Origin: Terriglobia bacterium
GTDB lineage: Bacteria; Acidobacteriota; Terriglobia; 20CM-2-55-15
Assembly (NCBI GenBank): GCA_965198225.1
Contig: CBDAOY010000007.1
Location: 736,001 to 800,000, forward strand
Reading direction: 5' to 3'
Length of the DNA: 64,000 nt
Shown here: positions 10,599-20,890 of the stretch, piece after piece
Position numbering within the stretch: the stretch's first letter is position 1
How the letters are laid out: each line of letters starts with the position of its first letter
Program-made: the position numbers and the translations under genes
The notes under the pieces: generated by a model
What the model was told of the DNA's origin: nothing
Databases searched by the model: none
Seen by the model: the letters and a program-made list of their open reading frames with translations, nothing else

Positions 10599-11111
10599 AT
10601 GACTTCAAGCGACCTGGCTTCGACCATTCGAGCGCGCCTCCCCTATCTCGGTCTCGTGGGTATCATACTGCTTCTGGACCAGTGGTCGAAGTCAGTAATT
10701 CAGGACACGTTCAGCCTGGGTCAGAGCCTGACGGTCCTCGGCGGCTTCTTCGACCTGACCTACGTCCATAACACCGGTATCGCTTTCGGCATTTTTTCCT
10801 CAGTCAGCTCGCCAGCCAAGGCCGCCCTTCTGTCGGCGTTCGCGGCGGTGGCCGCTGTCGTTGTAGTCGTCTATAGCATTCGGAACCCTCCGGGGCACCG
10901 ACTGCTGCAGCTCGCTCTGGCCTTGATCCTGGGTGGAGCGCTCGGCAACCTCTACGATCGAGTGGCCCACGGGTACGTCATCGACTTTGTTCACCTGCAT
11001 GCCGGGAGTTACTACTGGCCGGCCTTCAATCTTGCGGACGCAGCAATATCAGTCGGTGTCCTCTTTCTTGCCGCGGAAATCATCCGAGATGAGATTGCAG
11101 CCCGGGCCTGA
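10599..11111 (+). CDS. lspA: Signal peptidase II
   Basis: DQWSK, NTGIAFG, GALGNLYDR, VIDF, FNLAD. Confidence 0.96.
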   Translation: MTSSDLASTIRARLPYLGLVGIILLLDQWSKSVIQDTFSLGQSLTVLGGFFDLTYVHNTGIAFGIFSSVSSPAKAALLSAFAAVAAVVVVVYSIRNPPGHRLLQLALALILGGALGNLYDRVAHGYVIDFVHLHAGSYYWPAFNLADAAISVGVLFLAAEIIRDEIAARA

Positions 11112-12018
11112 TGATCGCGGGATCCGGCTGGACATTTTCCTGTCCCGTTTCGTGGCCGACCTTACTCGCTCCAAGCTGCAGTCGATGAACCGACGCGGCG
11201 ACGTCCTGGTCGACGGGCGTTCCGAGAAAGCCGGTTATCGAATCCGGGGTGGCGAGGAAATCGAAGTCAGGTTACCTGTGCCAGCGCCCCTGACGGTCGA
11301 ACCGGAAGCGATTCCGCTCGCTGTCTGCTACGAAGACCAGGACATTGCGGTCGTCGACAAACCTGCCGGTCTCGTCGTCCATCCCGGTGCCGGTAACCGC
11401 AGAGGCACCCTCGTCAATGCGCTGTTGGACCGATTCAACGATTTGTCCGACGCCGGAGGGAGCGATCGCCCCGGGATCGTTCACCGGCTCGACAAGTGGA
11501 CTTCCGGCCTCATCATCGTCGCCAAGAACAACCAATCCCACCATCGCCTGTCGAAGAGTTTCGAGAAACGCCGGGTCGGGAAAACTTATCTGGCCCTCGT
11601 CCATGGAAATCCCAGAGCCGGCACCGGAGAGATCGATCTCAGCATCGGTCGCGACCGCAAAGCCCGGACCAAAATGTCGGTGCGTCACGAGGGCGGGCGC
11701 ACCGCGCTTTCCGAATACCGGACTCTGGAAAAGCTGAAAGTGTTTTCGCTGCTGGAAGTCCGTATCCGCACTGGCAGAACCCACCAGATTCGTGTACACC
11801 TGAGTGCAATCGGCCATCCCGTGGTCGGTGACAACGTATACGGTGAGAAGGCAAACCGAGTGTTCGCACGAAAGCACGGCGATCTTGGTCGATATTTTCT
11901 TCACGCGTCGGCCATCGAGTTTCCACACCCGGCGACTGGCACGACGATGGAGTTCAGCTCGGCGATCCCGGCCGAACTGGCGCGACTTCTGGAGACGATC
12001 CGCACCGGGCAGGCCTGA
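11089..12018 (+). CDS. rluD: RluA/RluD-family pseudouridine synthase
   Basis: S4 domain (RLDIFL), KPAGLVVHPG, GIVHRLDK, TGRTHQIRVH; ATG at 11089 overlaps the lspA end. Confidence 0.9.
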   Translation: MRLQPGPDDRGIRLDIFLSRFVADLTRSKLQSMNRRGDVLVDGRSEKAGYRIRGGEEIEVRLPVPAPLTVEPEAIPLAVCYEDQDIAVVDKPAGLVVHPGAGNRRGTLVNALLDRFNDLSDAGGSDRPGIVHRLDKWTSGLIIVAKNNQSHHRLSKSFEKRRVGKTYLALVHGNPRAGTGEIDLSIGRDRKARTKMSVRHEGGRTALSEYRTLEKLKVFSLLEVRIRTGRTHQIRVHLSAIGHPVVGDNVYGEKANRVFARKHGDLGRYFLHASAIEFPHPATGTTMEFSSAIPAELARLLETIRTGQA

Positions 12019-12070
12019 GAGATCTCAGAAAGATTTGTCTGTGCCGCGCTCGATCCCTATATTTCTAAGT

Positions 12071-12608
12071 GTCCGAGAAGCGGGTAAGCGGGCAATCGCC
12101 GCCAAGCAGTTGCTTGGCGGAGGAAAGTCCGAACTCCGCAGGGCAGTGTGCCCCGTAACCCGGGGGCCCGTAAGGGACGGAAAGTGCCACAGAAAAAATA
12201 CCGCCGCTGCCCGGACCTTTGAATTCGGGCGAGTATGCGATAGCTGGCCATCTGGTGTAGGTGCGCTCTATGAGCGCACATGGGTCCGGTCTGAAAGATG
12301 TGCGGTCCTAGAGCGCACCTACACGGTTGGTTTCGAGTTCGAGGGTCCGGGCAGCGGTAAGGGTGAAATGGTGCGGTAAGAGCGCACCAGCGGGCCGGTA
12401 ACGGTCCGGCTTGGCAAACCCCACACGGAGCAAGGCCAAATAGGGAAACGTTGGTGCGCTTCGGCGCACCTGGAGGGCGGCCCGTCCAAGTTTCCGGGTA
12501 GGCTGCTGGAGTCCGGGTGCAAGCCCGGGCCTAGATGAATGATTGCCGCCTCGCCGCATTCACGCGGCGAGGAACAGAATTCGGCTTACAGCTTGCGCGC
12601 TCTCGGAC
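12071..12608 (+). ncRNA. rnpB: RNase P RNA (type A) with extended P12
   Basis: GAGGAAAGTCC, AGTGCCACAGAAA, GGTAAGGGTGAAATGGTGCGGTAAGAGCGCACC, GGCAAACCCC..GGAGCAAG, AACAGAATTCGGCTTA; P1 gtccgagaagcg / cgctctcggac. Confidence 0.96.
12255..12324. repeat. REP doublet family A inside rnpB P12
   Basis: GTGTAGGTGCGCTCTATGAGCGCAC ... GTGCGGTCCTAGAGCGCACCTACAC. Confidence 0.85.
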
Positions 12609-12632
12609 ATACACACAGCACCCGGAGGTCGA

Positions 12633-13571
12633 GTGGCCGTTTACGCAGTCACAGGGGGCGCCGGATTCATCGGTTCCCACATAGCCGAAGCGTTGGCTCT
12701 TCGTCGAGAGACCGTCCGTGTCCTTGACAATTTCTCGACGGGCAAGCGGGCGAACATCGAAACCTTCGAATCCCTCGTAGAAATCCGGGAGGTCGATCTC
12801 GCGGCTGACTCCGGATTGGCGGATCATCTGCGCGGTGTCGACTATGTGTTCCATCAGGCGGCGATCCCATCCGTTCCCCGATCGATGAAGGATCCCGTGA
12901 CGTCTCACCGGGCCAACGTCACCGGGACCCTCAACCTGCTGGTTGCGTGTCGTGAAGCCGGTGTTCGGCGCGTGATCTACGCGTCCTCGTCATCGTTGTA
13001 CGGGGAAAGCGAGGTCTTGCCGAAGCACGAGGAAATGGCACCGCGGCCGATGTCCCCCTACGGAGCTCAGAAACTTTTCGGTGAGATCTACTGTCAGGTC
13101 TTCTTTCGCGCGTACCGGCTCGAGACCGTCTCCCTGAGATACTTCAATGTTTTTGGTCCCAGGCAGGACGCATCATCCCCTTACAGCGGCGTTCTGGCCA
13201 GGTTCATACCCGCCGTGATCGAAGGCAGGCGGCCGATCATCTACGGCGATGGCCGGCAGTCGAGGGATTTTACCTACGTGTCGAACGTCGTCGACGCCAA
13301 CATCCAGGCCTGCACGGCCCCCGGCGTGGCCGGCCACGCGTTCAACATCGCCTGCGGGGATCGGATCACTGTCAAGGAAATCCTCGGCGAGATCAGGGCC
13401 CTCACCGGAAGCGATGTCGAACCGATCCATGAAGATCCGCGTCCCGGCGACATCCTCCATTCGCAAGCCGACATCACCAAGGCTCGAAAAAAGATGGGCT
13501 GGAAACCGGTGGCGAACTTCAGGGAAGGACTGAAGCCGACGATTGAGTGGTATCGGGGAAGAACTAAGTAG
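12633..13571 (+). CDS. NAD-dependent epimerase/dehydratase (UDP-GlcNAc/UDP-Glc 4-epimerase-like SDR)
   Basis: TGGAGFIGSH, YGAQK (YxxxK), LRYFNVFGPRQD; GTG start after GGAGG. Confidence 0.92.
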   Translation: MAVYAVTGGAGFIGSHIAEALALRRETVRVLDNFSTGKRANIETFESLVEIREVDLAADSGLADHLRGVDYVFHQAAIPSVPRSMKDPVTSHRANVTGTLNLLVACREAGVRRVIYASSSSLYGESEVLPKHEEMAPRPMSPYGAQKLFGEIYCQVFFRAYRLETVSLRYFNVFGPRQDASSPYSGVLARFIPAVIEGRRPIIYGDGRQSRDFTYVSNVVDANIQACTAPGVAGHAFNIACGDRITVKEILGEIRALTGSDVEPIHEDPRPGDILHSQADITKARKKMGWKPVANFREGLKPTIEWYRGRTK

Positions 13572-14070
13572 GCCGTAGGCCGTTATCCGTAGGCCGTTGA
13601 AAGCGGGTGCGGGGGTTTGTGACCGCCGCGATTCAGATTTGGTTACTCACTATCGACCCAACGGTCTACGGCTTACCGAGTGCTTGTTTTGGCGTCCCGC
13701 CGTCCGGTGGCAGGCGACGGCCTACGGACAACGGCCTACGCCTGGATACGCCGAAGGTGCAGACGGGGTGGTTCCTCGGCCTCAGATCGCGGGCGGGTTC
13801 CGCGGTGGTGCCGGGATCGCACCGCTTGTCGAACTGCTCGCGCTGGAACTATCACTACTGCTGCTGCCGCTCCCGCCACCGCGCAGGAGCTACCGAGTAG
13901 TGAGCCGTTTCCAGAACGAACCTCGTTTAGCGTTCTGCCTTTTCATGGTGTCTCCCTGCGCAGGCCCAGGTGGTTTCAACAACGGCCTACTGCCTACGCC
14001 TGGATGCGCGGGAGGTGCTACAAGGGGTGGTTCAACAACGGACAACGGCCTACGGATAACGGCCTACGAC

Positions 14071-15285
14071 CTACTGCCTTACAGTGATCACAACTTCTGA
14101 CGCGCTCGTGCCACCCCTGCCGTCGTTTGCTACGGCGCGAATCGTGTACTGGCCGGGGGGCAGGCCTGTCGTGTCGAAGGTGACCGATTCGCCGCTACCG
14201 ACGACCTGGCCGCCGGTGCTGGTCCAGGAGTAGGACAGCGGATCGGTGTCCGCATCAAACCCTGTCGCCGTGATCTGGAGCGATTCACCGACCGTGACTT
14301 CGTCGCTCGGAATCTCGAGGACGATGAGAGGAAAGTTGTTGGCCAGGAGCGCGGCGACCGGCTTGGTGTAGCTGACGCCGAATATGAACCCGTCATACTC
14401 GGTGTTGCCCGGAAAGTCTTTATCGAAGCCCCTGTTACGGCGGAATCCCGCGTTGAACACCATCCCAGTGCCAAGCCCTATGAATCGCAGGCCGGCCACC
14501 AAGTCGGTCGGCGCCTGGATTACGTCATTGGGGCTGCCAGCGCCGATGAAGGTCGTGCTGACATACTCGAACACGCCCTGCACGATGCCGCCGCCGATGA
14601 CATCGACGCCGTCAGCGAGCCAAAGGACACCGATGCCGGTCCGCATCTCGTCCTTGATACCCAGTGGAACGGGGGTCACGGCATCCCGTGTTGCGACCAC
14701 TCCCATGCTGGAATGCAGCAGGAACCGCCAGGGCAGAGCTGAGGTGAAGACCAGGTCCAGTCCGCCGTCAACCTCTCCGGTTCCCAGGCCTTTCTCCGCA
14801 TCCGCCGTCGGAATCTTGACGAATCCCGATATGCTGATTCCACCGACGGTGCCCTGCCGGCTTTGGATACGGTACTTGCCGGTGATGATCGTGTCGCCGT
14901 AACCCTCGACGAAACGATCACCGACGAAAGGCAGTTGATTGTAGAAACCCTGCTGGGAAAGATTCCGTGCCGCGATCTGCTTCTGGGTCTCCATCGTCGC
15001 CGTTACGGTGATCCGGCCGGTCAGTCCGTACGAGAAGAAGACAGGTACGGAATTGATGTCGAGATCCTGAGGCGTCCGGTCGAAATTGTTCCACCCGACG
15101 CCGAAGGAAAACTGGTTGCGGTTCAGCGTCTCGACGCTCGGGACCGAGAAGCTGCCCCTGTCTCCTGAGGTCGTTGCGCTGAGTTTCGAAATGCTCGTGA
15201 GGCGGGCCGTTCGCTCCTCTTGACTCTGGGCAGACAGGGGACTGCTGAAAGCCAGCAGGAGGATTGGGAAGACAAATCGTTTCAT
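14071..15285 (-). CDS. Secreted/outer-membrane protein with C-terminal Ig-like (PKD-type) domain
   Basis: Signal peptide MKRFVFPILLLAFS, beta-strand-rich body, DADTDPLSYSW...NDGRGG. Confidence 0.75.
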   Translation of the reverse strand: MKRFVFPILLLAFSSPLSAQSQEERTARLTSISKLSATTSGDRGSFSVPSVETLNRNQFSFGVGWNNFDRTPQDLDINSVPVFFSYGLTGRITVTATMETQKQIAARNLSQQGFYNQLPFVGDRFVEGYGDTIITGKYRIQSRQGTVGGISISGFVKIPTADAEKGLGTGEVDGGLDLVFTSALPWRFLLHSSMGVVATRDAVTPVPLGIKDEMRTGIGVLWLADGVDVIGGGIVQGVFEYVSTTFIGAGSPNDVIQAPTDLVAGLRFIGLGTGMVFNAGFRRNRGFDKDFPGNTEYDGFIFGVSYTKPVAALLANNFPLIVLEIPSDEVTVGESLQITATGFDADTDPLSYSWTSTGGQVVGSGESVTFDTTGLPPGQYTIRAVANDGRGGTSASEVVITVRQ

Positions 15286-15301
15286 GTACAATCCTCTAAC
15301 A

Positions 15302-17746
15302 ATGCACATCTTAGCAGCGCTGTTGACCGCGTTCCTTGCTACAGCCGCCTCCGAGCCGGTTCAGGGGAGAGCGGACGAAATCTTAGCTCAGTTGTCAAAT
15401 CTTCGTCTAGACAAAAACCAGATCTACAGCATACGGGACATCACCCTCAGGCGCGACGCGCTTTCAATTTCTTTCAATCGCGGGGCGATCGCGTTCCTGG
15501 AGCCGGTTGCAGGCCGCGTAACCGGCGCCGTCTTTGTGGGAAGCGGCGAGATCCTGTCGATACCGCCCGACCCGGCCGAAAAACTGCAGCTGTTCAAGTT
15601 CACCGGTTCTCCGATCCTCAACGAACGTTTCGATGCCGGCCTCTTCCGGTTTACCGACGACACGTACTCGGAAATCCTCGAGCAGTACGAGGATCGCGCC
15701 TACGAAGAAGTTCGTGCCGAAGACCTCGAGGCGCTGCTTCCGTGGGAAGACAACCTGGGAGAGCGGGCACGGTTGTTGAACTTCCGTTTGCTGAAGGACT
15801 TGATCGGGAACGACGAGCGGCCACTTTTTCTAGCCGAGTTGCGAGGCGAAGCCATGGGATGGTTCGACGCCGTTTACGATCAGCGAATGGCCGAGGAGGT
15901 TACGGTCCTGACCGCCGGGAGAGAAGAGCCCAGCTACCTGACGGACATCTGGCTGAGTTTCAACCGACGGTCTGAGGCCCGCGATCCCGAGAGTTTCGCG
16001 CACGAGGACGCCTCTCCCGTAGACGTTCTGTCCTACGACATCGATCTGACGATCGGACCTGACACTCTGCTGGAAGCCGTGACGAAGTTGGATCTTCGAG
16101 CCCGCGTTTCAGGAGAGCGCGTCCTGAGCTTTGATATGACGCCGGCCTTGCGGGTCTCCGAGGTGACGCTGGACGATGAAGCGGTTCCGTTCTTCCAGTA
16201 TGAGAAGTCCGCTCTCGATCCTTTTTACCGGGGCCTTGACAGGTTCGTCGTCGTCCTTCCGAGCGCAACCGAAGAAAGCGCGGAGATGTCGCTCGAGTTC
16301 CGTTATTCGGGCGGCGTCCTTGAGGAACGGGGCGAGGGGATCTACTTCGTCAGTGAACGCAGCCTCTGGTACCCGAGCGTCGGGCCTCAGGATCCCGCCC
16401 GTTTCGATCTGACGTTCCACTTTCCCGCCTCGGCCGAACTCGTGGCAACGGGGAGCCTGCTGGAGGAGCGGAACGACGGCGAACTCAAACACTCCCGCTG
16501 GACCAGCGGGAGGGAATTCTTCGTGGCCGGCTTCAACTTTGGGGACTTTGCGATCGAGAGTCATGAAGACGGGCCGGTGCCGGTCTTCGTCTGTCTCAAT
16601 AACGGCGTGGAAACAATTTTCAAGGAAATCGAGTCCCGGAGGGCCCTGGAGAAGGAACTGGCCTTGCGGGCAGCCGCGAGCCTGAGGCGGAATCGTCTCG
16701 CTAACGAAACGGCTCTGGTTTCACCCGACTTCGATGCGTTTTCGACGCGGGGGCTGGCGCAGAGCATTCTCCAAGACGTTCGCTCGACAGTGGAGTTTTT
16801 CTCGGAACAGTTCGGACCGTATCCATTCGACCGGCTGGCTGTTTCGCAGTTTCCGGTCCCCTTTTCACAAGGTTGGCCGTCTCTGCTTTATGTTTCGACA
16901 TTGTCGTTCTTCACGCCCGAACAACGCAACCGGCTCGGACTGGAGCCGCGACGGAACCTGATCGCGACCGAATTCGTCCGGGCGCACGAGATCGCACATC
17001 AGTGGTTCGGGAACAAGATTGGTTGGAGAAGCTACCGGGATCAGTGGATCGTGGAAGGCTTCTCGAACTATGCCGGAGCCATGTACCTCGCCCACAAACA
17101 CGGCGAGCACGGTCCTCTGGCCGCCGTGCTCGACGATGCGGCGACACGACTGTTTACACCGACTGGTGAGGAGACGACACACGACGACAACGGACCGATC
17201 TGGCTGGGACACCGTCTGGCCACGGCGCAAGTACCGGACGGTTACGTTGAGACGGTCTATAACAAGTCGACGTGGACGATTCACATGTTGCGATCGCTGA
17301 TGCAGGATCCCGAGGATCGGAGCGACGCTCGATTCCTCTCGATGACCCGGGAACTCCTGGATGAATTTGATGGGCGGCTGGCTTCGACCTGGGACCTGAA
17401 GAGAATCGCGGAGAGTCACATGAGCGCTCGTATGGACGTCCGCGGCGACGGCAACCTCGACTGGTTCTTCGAGCAGTGGGTCTTCGGTACCGGCGCACCG
17501 AGCTATGACCTCAGGTACGCTGTGGAACCTGCGGGCGCTGGCTTTGACGTTTCGGGAAACATCGAACAGGCCGGGGTCTCGGATTTCATCATGCCCGTCC
17601 CGCTCTACGGCGTCGTTGACGATGTCCGCCGCTACCTTGGCGACGTAATCGTCTCCGACGACGGCGGAGACTTCAGCTTCACGATCGACTGGCAGCCCGA
17701 GACCGTCGAACTGGATCCGTATAACACCATCCTGAAACGTCCTTGA
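15302..17746 (+). CDS. Secreted M1-family (gluzincin) metallopeptidase
   Basis: Signal peptide; HEIAHQWFG...EGFSNY, VYNKS, WFFEQWV. Confidence 0.88.
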   Translation: MHILAALLTAFLATAASEPVQGRADEILAQLSNLRLDKNQIYSIRDITLRRDALSISFNRGAIAFLEPVAGRVTGAVFVGSGEILSIPPDPAEKLQLFKFTGSPILNERFDAGLFRFTDDTYSEILEQYEDRAYEEVRAEDLEALLPWEDNLGERARLLNFRLLKDLIGNDERPLFLAELRGEAMGWFDAVYDQRMAEEVTVLTAGREEPSYLTDIWLSFNRRSEARDPESFAHEDASPVDVLSYDIDLTIGPDTLLEAVTKLDLRARVSGERVLSFDMTPALRVSEVTLDDEAVPFFQYEKSALDPFYRGLDRFVVVLPSATEESAEMSLEFRYSGGVLEERGEGIYFVSERSLWYPSVGPQDPARFDLTFHFPASAELVATGSLLEERNDGELKHSRWTSGREFFVAGFNFGDFAIESHEDGPVPVFVCLNNGVETIFKEIESRRALEKELALRAAASLRRNRLANETALVSPDFDAFSTRGLAQSILQDVRSTVEFFSEQFGPYPFDRLAVSQFPVPFSQGWPSLLYVSTLSFFTPEQRNRLGLEPRRNLIATEFVRAHEIAHQWFGNKIGWRSYRDQWIVEGFSNYAGAMYLAHKHGEHGPLAAVLDDAATRLFTPTGEETTHDDNGPIWLGHRLATAQVPDGYVETVYNKSTWTIHMLRSLMQDPEDRSDARFLSMTRELLDEFDGRLASTWDLKRIAESHMSARMDVRGDGNLDWFFEQWVFGTGAPSYDLRYAVEPAGAGFDVSGNIEQAGVSDFIMPVPLYGVVDDVRRYLGDVIVSDDGGDFSFTIDWQPETVELDPYNTILKRP

Positions 17747-17777
17747 GCGGTTCCTAACTTTTCTGCTCATCGAACAG

Positions 17778-18034
17778 CCCGGGGACAGGGCTATACCCCT
17801 GTCCCCCTCACGTTGGCTCTCGCACGCACGTTCCGCAGAAACGGAAAACAGATATTCGACACCAGCGAGACGATTATGAAAGACAGGGGCGTGGGGGGAC
17901 CGGACCAGCTGTCTTTCTCCCGAGCCGTCCGCAATGCGCGTCTGTCGTCGAACGCTTTCAGTCGAAGTGAGAGGGGGACGGTGGGCCCGACGCTAAAGAA
18001 TAGTCGGGGACAGGTCGAAGCCCTGTCCCCGGGT
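17778..18034. repeat. Composite repeat: family B doublet enclosing family C module (17883-18001)
   Basis: B palindromes at 17778-17820 and 18005-18034; the internal module matches 58036-58155 (reverse). Confidence 0.8.
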
Positions 18035-18146
18035 GTTCAGTTCGCCTGAAAATTAGGGGCCGCCGTGGATCATTACAGATTTCGCTATCGGAGAGTCCAC
18101 AATGGAAATTCGAGATTGCAGATTCGAAATTTGAGATTGGGGCATT

Positions 18147-19045
18147 CTAGCGCTTGCGCGCAGCGACCACCCTCGGAATACCCTGCAGGTCGGTCCGCGT
18201 TGGCAGCAGATCCCAGCCCTCGCCAAACAGTTTCCGCACACCTTCCTCCAGGGCGAAACCGATTTCCGCGACGAGATAACCTCGGTGGATCAGCCGATCG
18301 TGTGCCTGGGGGATGAGTCTGGAAGCCGAAGCCCAGCAGAAGGCCGAGGAGACGAAGGCGGCCGCGGAAGCCCGAACCGCCGAACGGCTCTGTACACACT
18401 CAACGTGTCATCGGGAGCGAACAGGGCGACGTGTGGTTCGTAGTTCCGGACTTCCTTCTGCAGACTGTGATAGTCGCCACGGGCGACGTACGGTGGATTG
18501 CTGACGACGAATTCGAACAGGCCTCCAACGGCATCAAGAACGTCTACGGCGGCCAGCGCCACCTCCGCTCCGAGTTCGGCTGCGTTGTGTCGCGCGACGC
18601 CGAGGCCTTCGGGTGAAACGTCGATTGCGAACACCTGCGCGTCAGGTATTTCCAGGGCGAGTGTCACGCCGATGCATCCGGAGCCGGTGCCCATATCGAC
18701 GATGCGGGCCCCCGCCCATTCGTTCAGGTCGCAAACCGTCTCGATGACCAGTTCTGTTTCCGGACGCGGAATGAGCACCGACGAGTTGACCTCGAAAGAC
18801 CGCCCGAAGAATTCCTGGATGCCGGTGATGTGTTGCAGTGGCTCGCCGGCCGACTTTCGATCCAGCATGGATCGGTAGGCGTCGAGGTGTGCCGGCCCCA
18901 TTTCGTCCCTGTCGTGAGAGTAGAGATAAGGGCGCTCGACTCCGAGGCAGTGGCTGAGGAGCACTTCCGCCGACAGGCGCGGGGAAGAGATTTGACTCTT
19001 GTCCAGGATTGCGGTCCCGGCGGCAATCGCCTCGCGCAGTGTCAC
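18147..19045 (-). CDS. prmC: Release factor glutamine methyltransferase, frameshifted by a 68-bp insertion
   Basis: [20 protein letters not shown]; the C-terminus [10 protein letters not shown]...AEIG...DLQGIPRVV lies in another frame after 18321-18388. Confidence 0.88.
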
Positions 19046-20133
19046 GCCACGAGTTCTTTTTTCAGCCGCTCGGCTTGGAAGTGGGTGGACAGGGCATCGA
19101 TGATCTCGTCGACATCGCCGGCCGTCACAGCGTCCAGGCGGTGAAGCGTCAGGCCGATCCGGTGATCGGTCACGCGATTCTGGGGGTAGTTATACGTGCG
19201 GATCTTTTCACTGCGGTCACCCGTGCCCACCATCGATCGGCGTTCATCGGCAAGGGCCTGCTGTTGTCTTTCGAGCTCGAGGTCATACAGCCGGGAACGC
19301 AACACGCGGAGCGCCTTTGCGCGGTTCTTGATCTGCGACTTTTCGTCCTGACAGCTCACCACGAGCCCGGTAGGCACATGAGTGATCCGGACGGCCGAAT
19401 AGGTCGTGTTCACGCTCTGGCCGCCGGGGCCCGATGAGCAGAACGTGTCGATTCGCAGGTCCTTCTCGTCGATGTCGACTTCAACCTCGTCGGCTTCCGG
19501 CAGCACCGCGACCGTTACGGCAGAAGTGTGGATACGGCCGCTGGATTCGGTAGACGGCACTCTCTGGACGCGGTGCACCCCGCTCTCATACTTCATACGG
19601 CTGTATACGCCCTTGCCCTCGATCAGGAGGATGATCTCCTTGAAGCCTCCCACACCGGTGAGGTTCGACGAGATGATCTCCACTTTCCAGCGCTTCGTCT
19701 CGGCGTACCGGGAGTACATCCGGAAGAGGTCGGCCGTGAACAGCGTTGCTTCGTCGCCCCCGGTGCCGGCTCGAATTTCCAGGATGACGTTGCGTTCGTC
19801 GTTGGGGTCCGTCGGCAGGAGCAGCGTCCGGAGGCCCAGCCGACACTCCTCGAGCCGCTGTTCCAACGACGCCAACTCTTCTTCGGCCATGGCTTTCATT
19901 TCCGGGTCGTCTTCGGCTTCGCGGAGCATCGCCCGGGTGTCGGAGATCCCGCGATCCAGGCCCTGGTACTCGTGGAACTTCGAGACTATTTCACCCAACT
20001 CGCTGTGGGCCTTGGCGGTCTTCTGGTACCGGCGGTTGTCGGCAACCACCTCGGGCTCCCCGAGCTCACTTGTCAACTCATCGTAGCGTTGCTCAAGCGC
20101 CTGCAGCTTTTCTACCAGAAGATCGTCGTTCAT
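19042..20133 (-). CDS. prfA: Peptide chain release factor 1
   Basis: GGQ motif (SGPGGQSVN), PST tripeptide in [16 protein letters not shown]. Confidence 0.98.
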   Translation of the reverse strand: MNDDLLVEKLQALEQRYDELTSELGEPEVVADNRRYQKTAKAHSELGEIVSKFHEYQGLDRGISDTRAMLREAEDDPEMKAMAEEELASLEQRLEECRLGLRTLLLPTDPNDERNVILEIRAGTGGDEATLFTADLFRMYSRYAETKRWKVEIISSNLTGVGGFKEIILLIEGKGVYSRMKYESGVHRVQRVPSTESSGRIHTSAVTVAVLPEADEVEVDIDEKDLRIDTFCSSGPGGQSVNTTYSAVRITHVPTGLVVSCQDEKSQIKNRAKALRVLRSRLYDLELERQQQALADERRSMVGTGDRSEKIRTYNYPQNRVTDHRIGLTLHRLDAVTAGDVDEIIDALSTHFQAERLKKELVA

Positions 20134-20674
20134 GACGCCGGTTCCTCTACGGCGAGCGCTTCTTCGAGCGCGACGATAGCTACTTTCAACTGGTCCTCAT
20201 CGGGCTCGTTGGTCGTGATCCTCTGAAGCCAGAGCCCCGGCATCGTAAGCCAGCGTACGATGCTTCGCGGGTTTCTTGCCGCGTAGCGGATGATCTCGTA
20301 GGAGATTCCCGCCACGAGCGGCAACAAAACGATCCTGGACAGAAGCTTTGCCACGAAACCGTCGAAATGGAGCAGAGAGAAGACCAGAATGCTGACCCCC
20401 ATCACTACCAGGAGAAAACTCGTACCGCACCGGGGGTGCAGGGTGGAGTATTTCTTGGCGTTCTCGGCCAGCAGATCCTCCCTTGCCTCAACCGGTTCCC
20501 GATCGTCGACACCGAGCCGTCCGGCTTGCGCACCGCCACCGAGTACCCTTTGGGCGAACGCATCATGACCCCCTCGATGACCGCCTGCCCCCCGACCAGG
20601 ACGTCGTCCTCGTCCGAAGCTGTGGCCCAGCCGGTCGCCGTGATCGAGAGACACTTCAGGTATCGGAGCAGCAC
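20130..20674 (-). pseudogene. DUF1385-family membrane protein with internal deletion and frameshift
   Basis: N-part [12 protein letters not shown] and C-part [10 protein letters not shown]...GLWLQRITTNEP are in different frames and abut near 20490; the middle (HGAEH region) is absent. Confidence 0.8.
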
Positions 20675-20683
20675 CGCTAACCC

Positions 20684-20890
20684 CTAACTCTTGTTTTTTC
20701 GGTACTTTCGCTCGAATCGTTCGACACGCCCGGCCGTATCGACGAGCTTTTGCTTGCCGGTGAAGAAGGGATGACACTTGGAGCAGATCTCCAGGTGGAT
20801 TTCCGGCTTCGTAGAACGGGTATGGAAAGTCTCTCCACAGGCGCAGGTGACGACTGCTTCCACGTACTTGGGATGAATGCCCTCTTTCAT
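20684..20890 (-). CDS. rpmE: 50S ribosomal protein L31 (Zn-binding type)
   Basis: [23 protein letters not shown]. Confidence 0.97.
   Translation of the reverse strand: MKEGIHPKYVEAVVTCACGETFHTRSTKPEIHLEICSKCHPFFTGKQKLVDTAGRVERFERKYRKNKS

Noticed and set aside
13890-13892. Pyrrolysine or amber recoding
   Set aside because: TAG is used as a normal stop by many genes here, RF1 is intact and no pyl genes are in the window
18065-18145. AT-richer TTGAGAT/TTCGAAA-type stretch (also 38790-38985) as an ncRNA
   Set aside because: Looks like another degenerate heptamer array, with no alignable structure between the two loci
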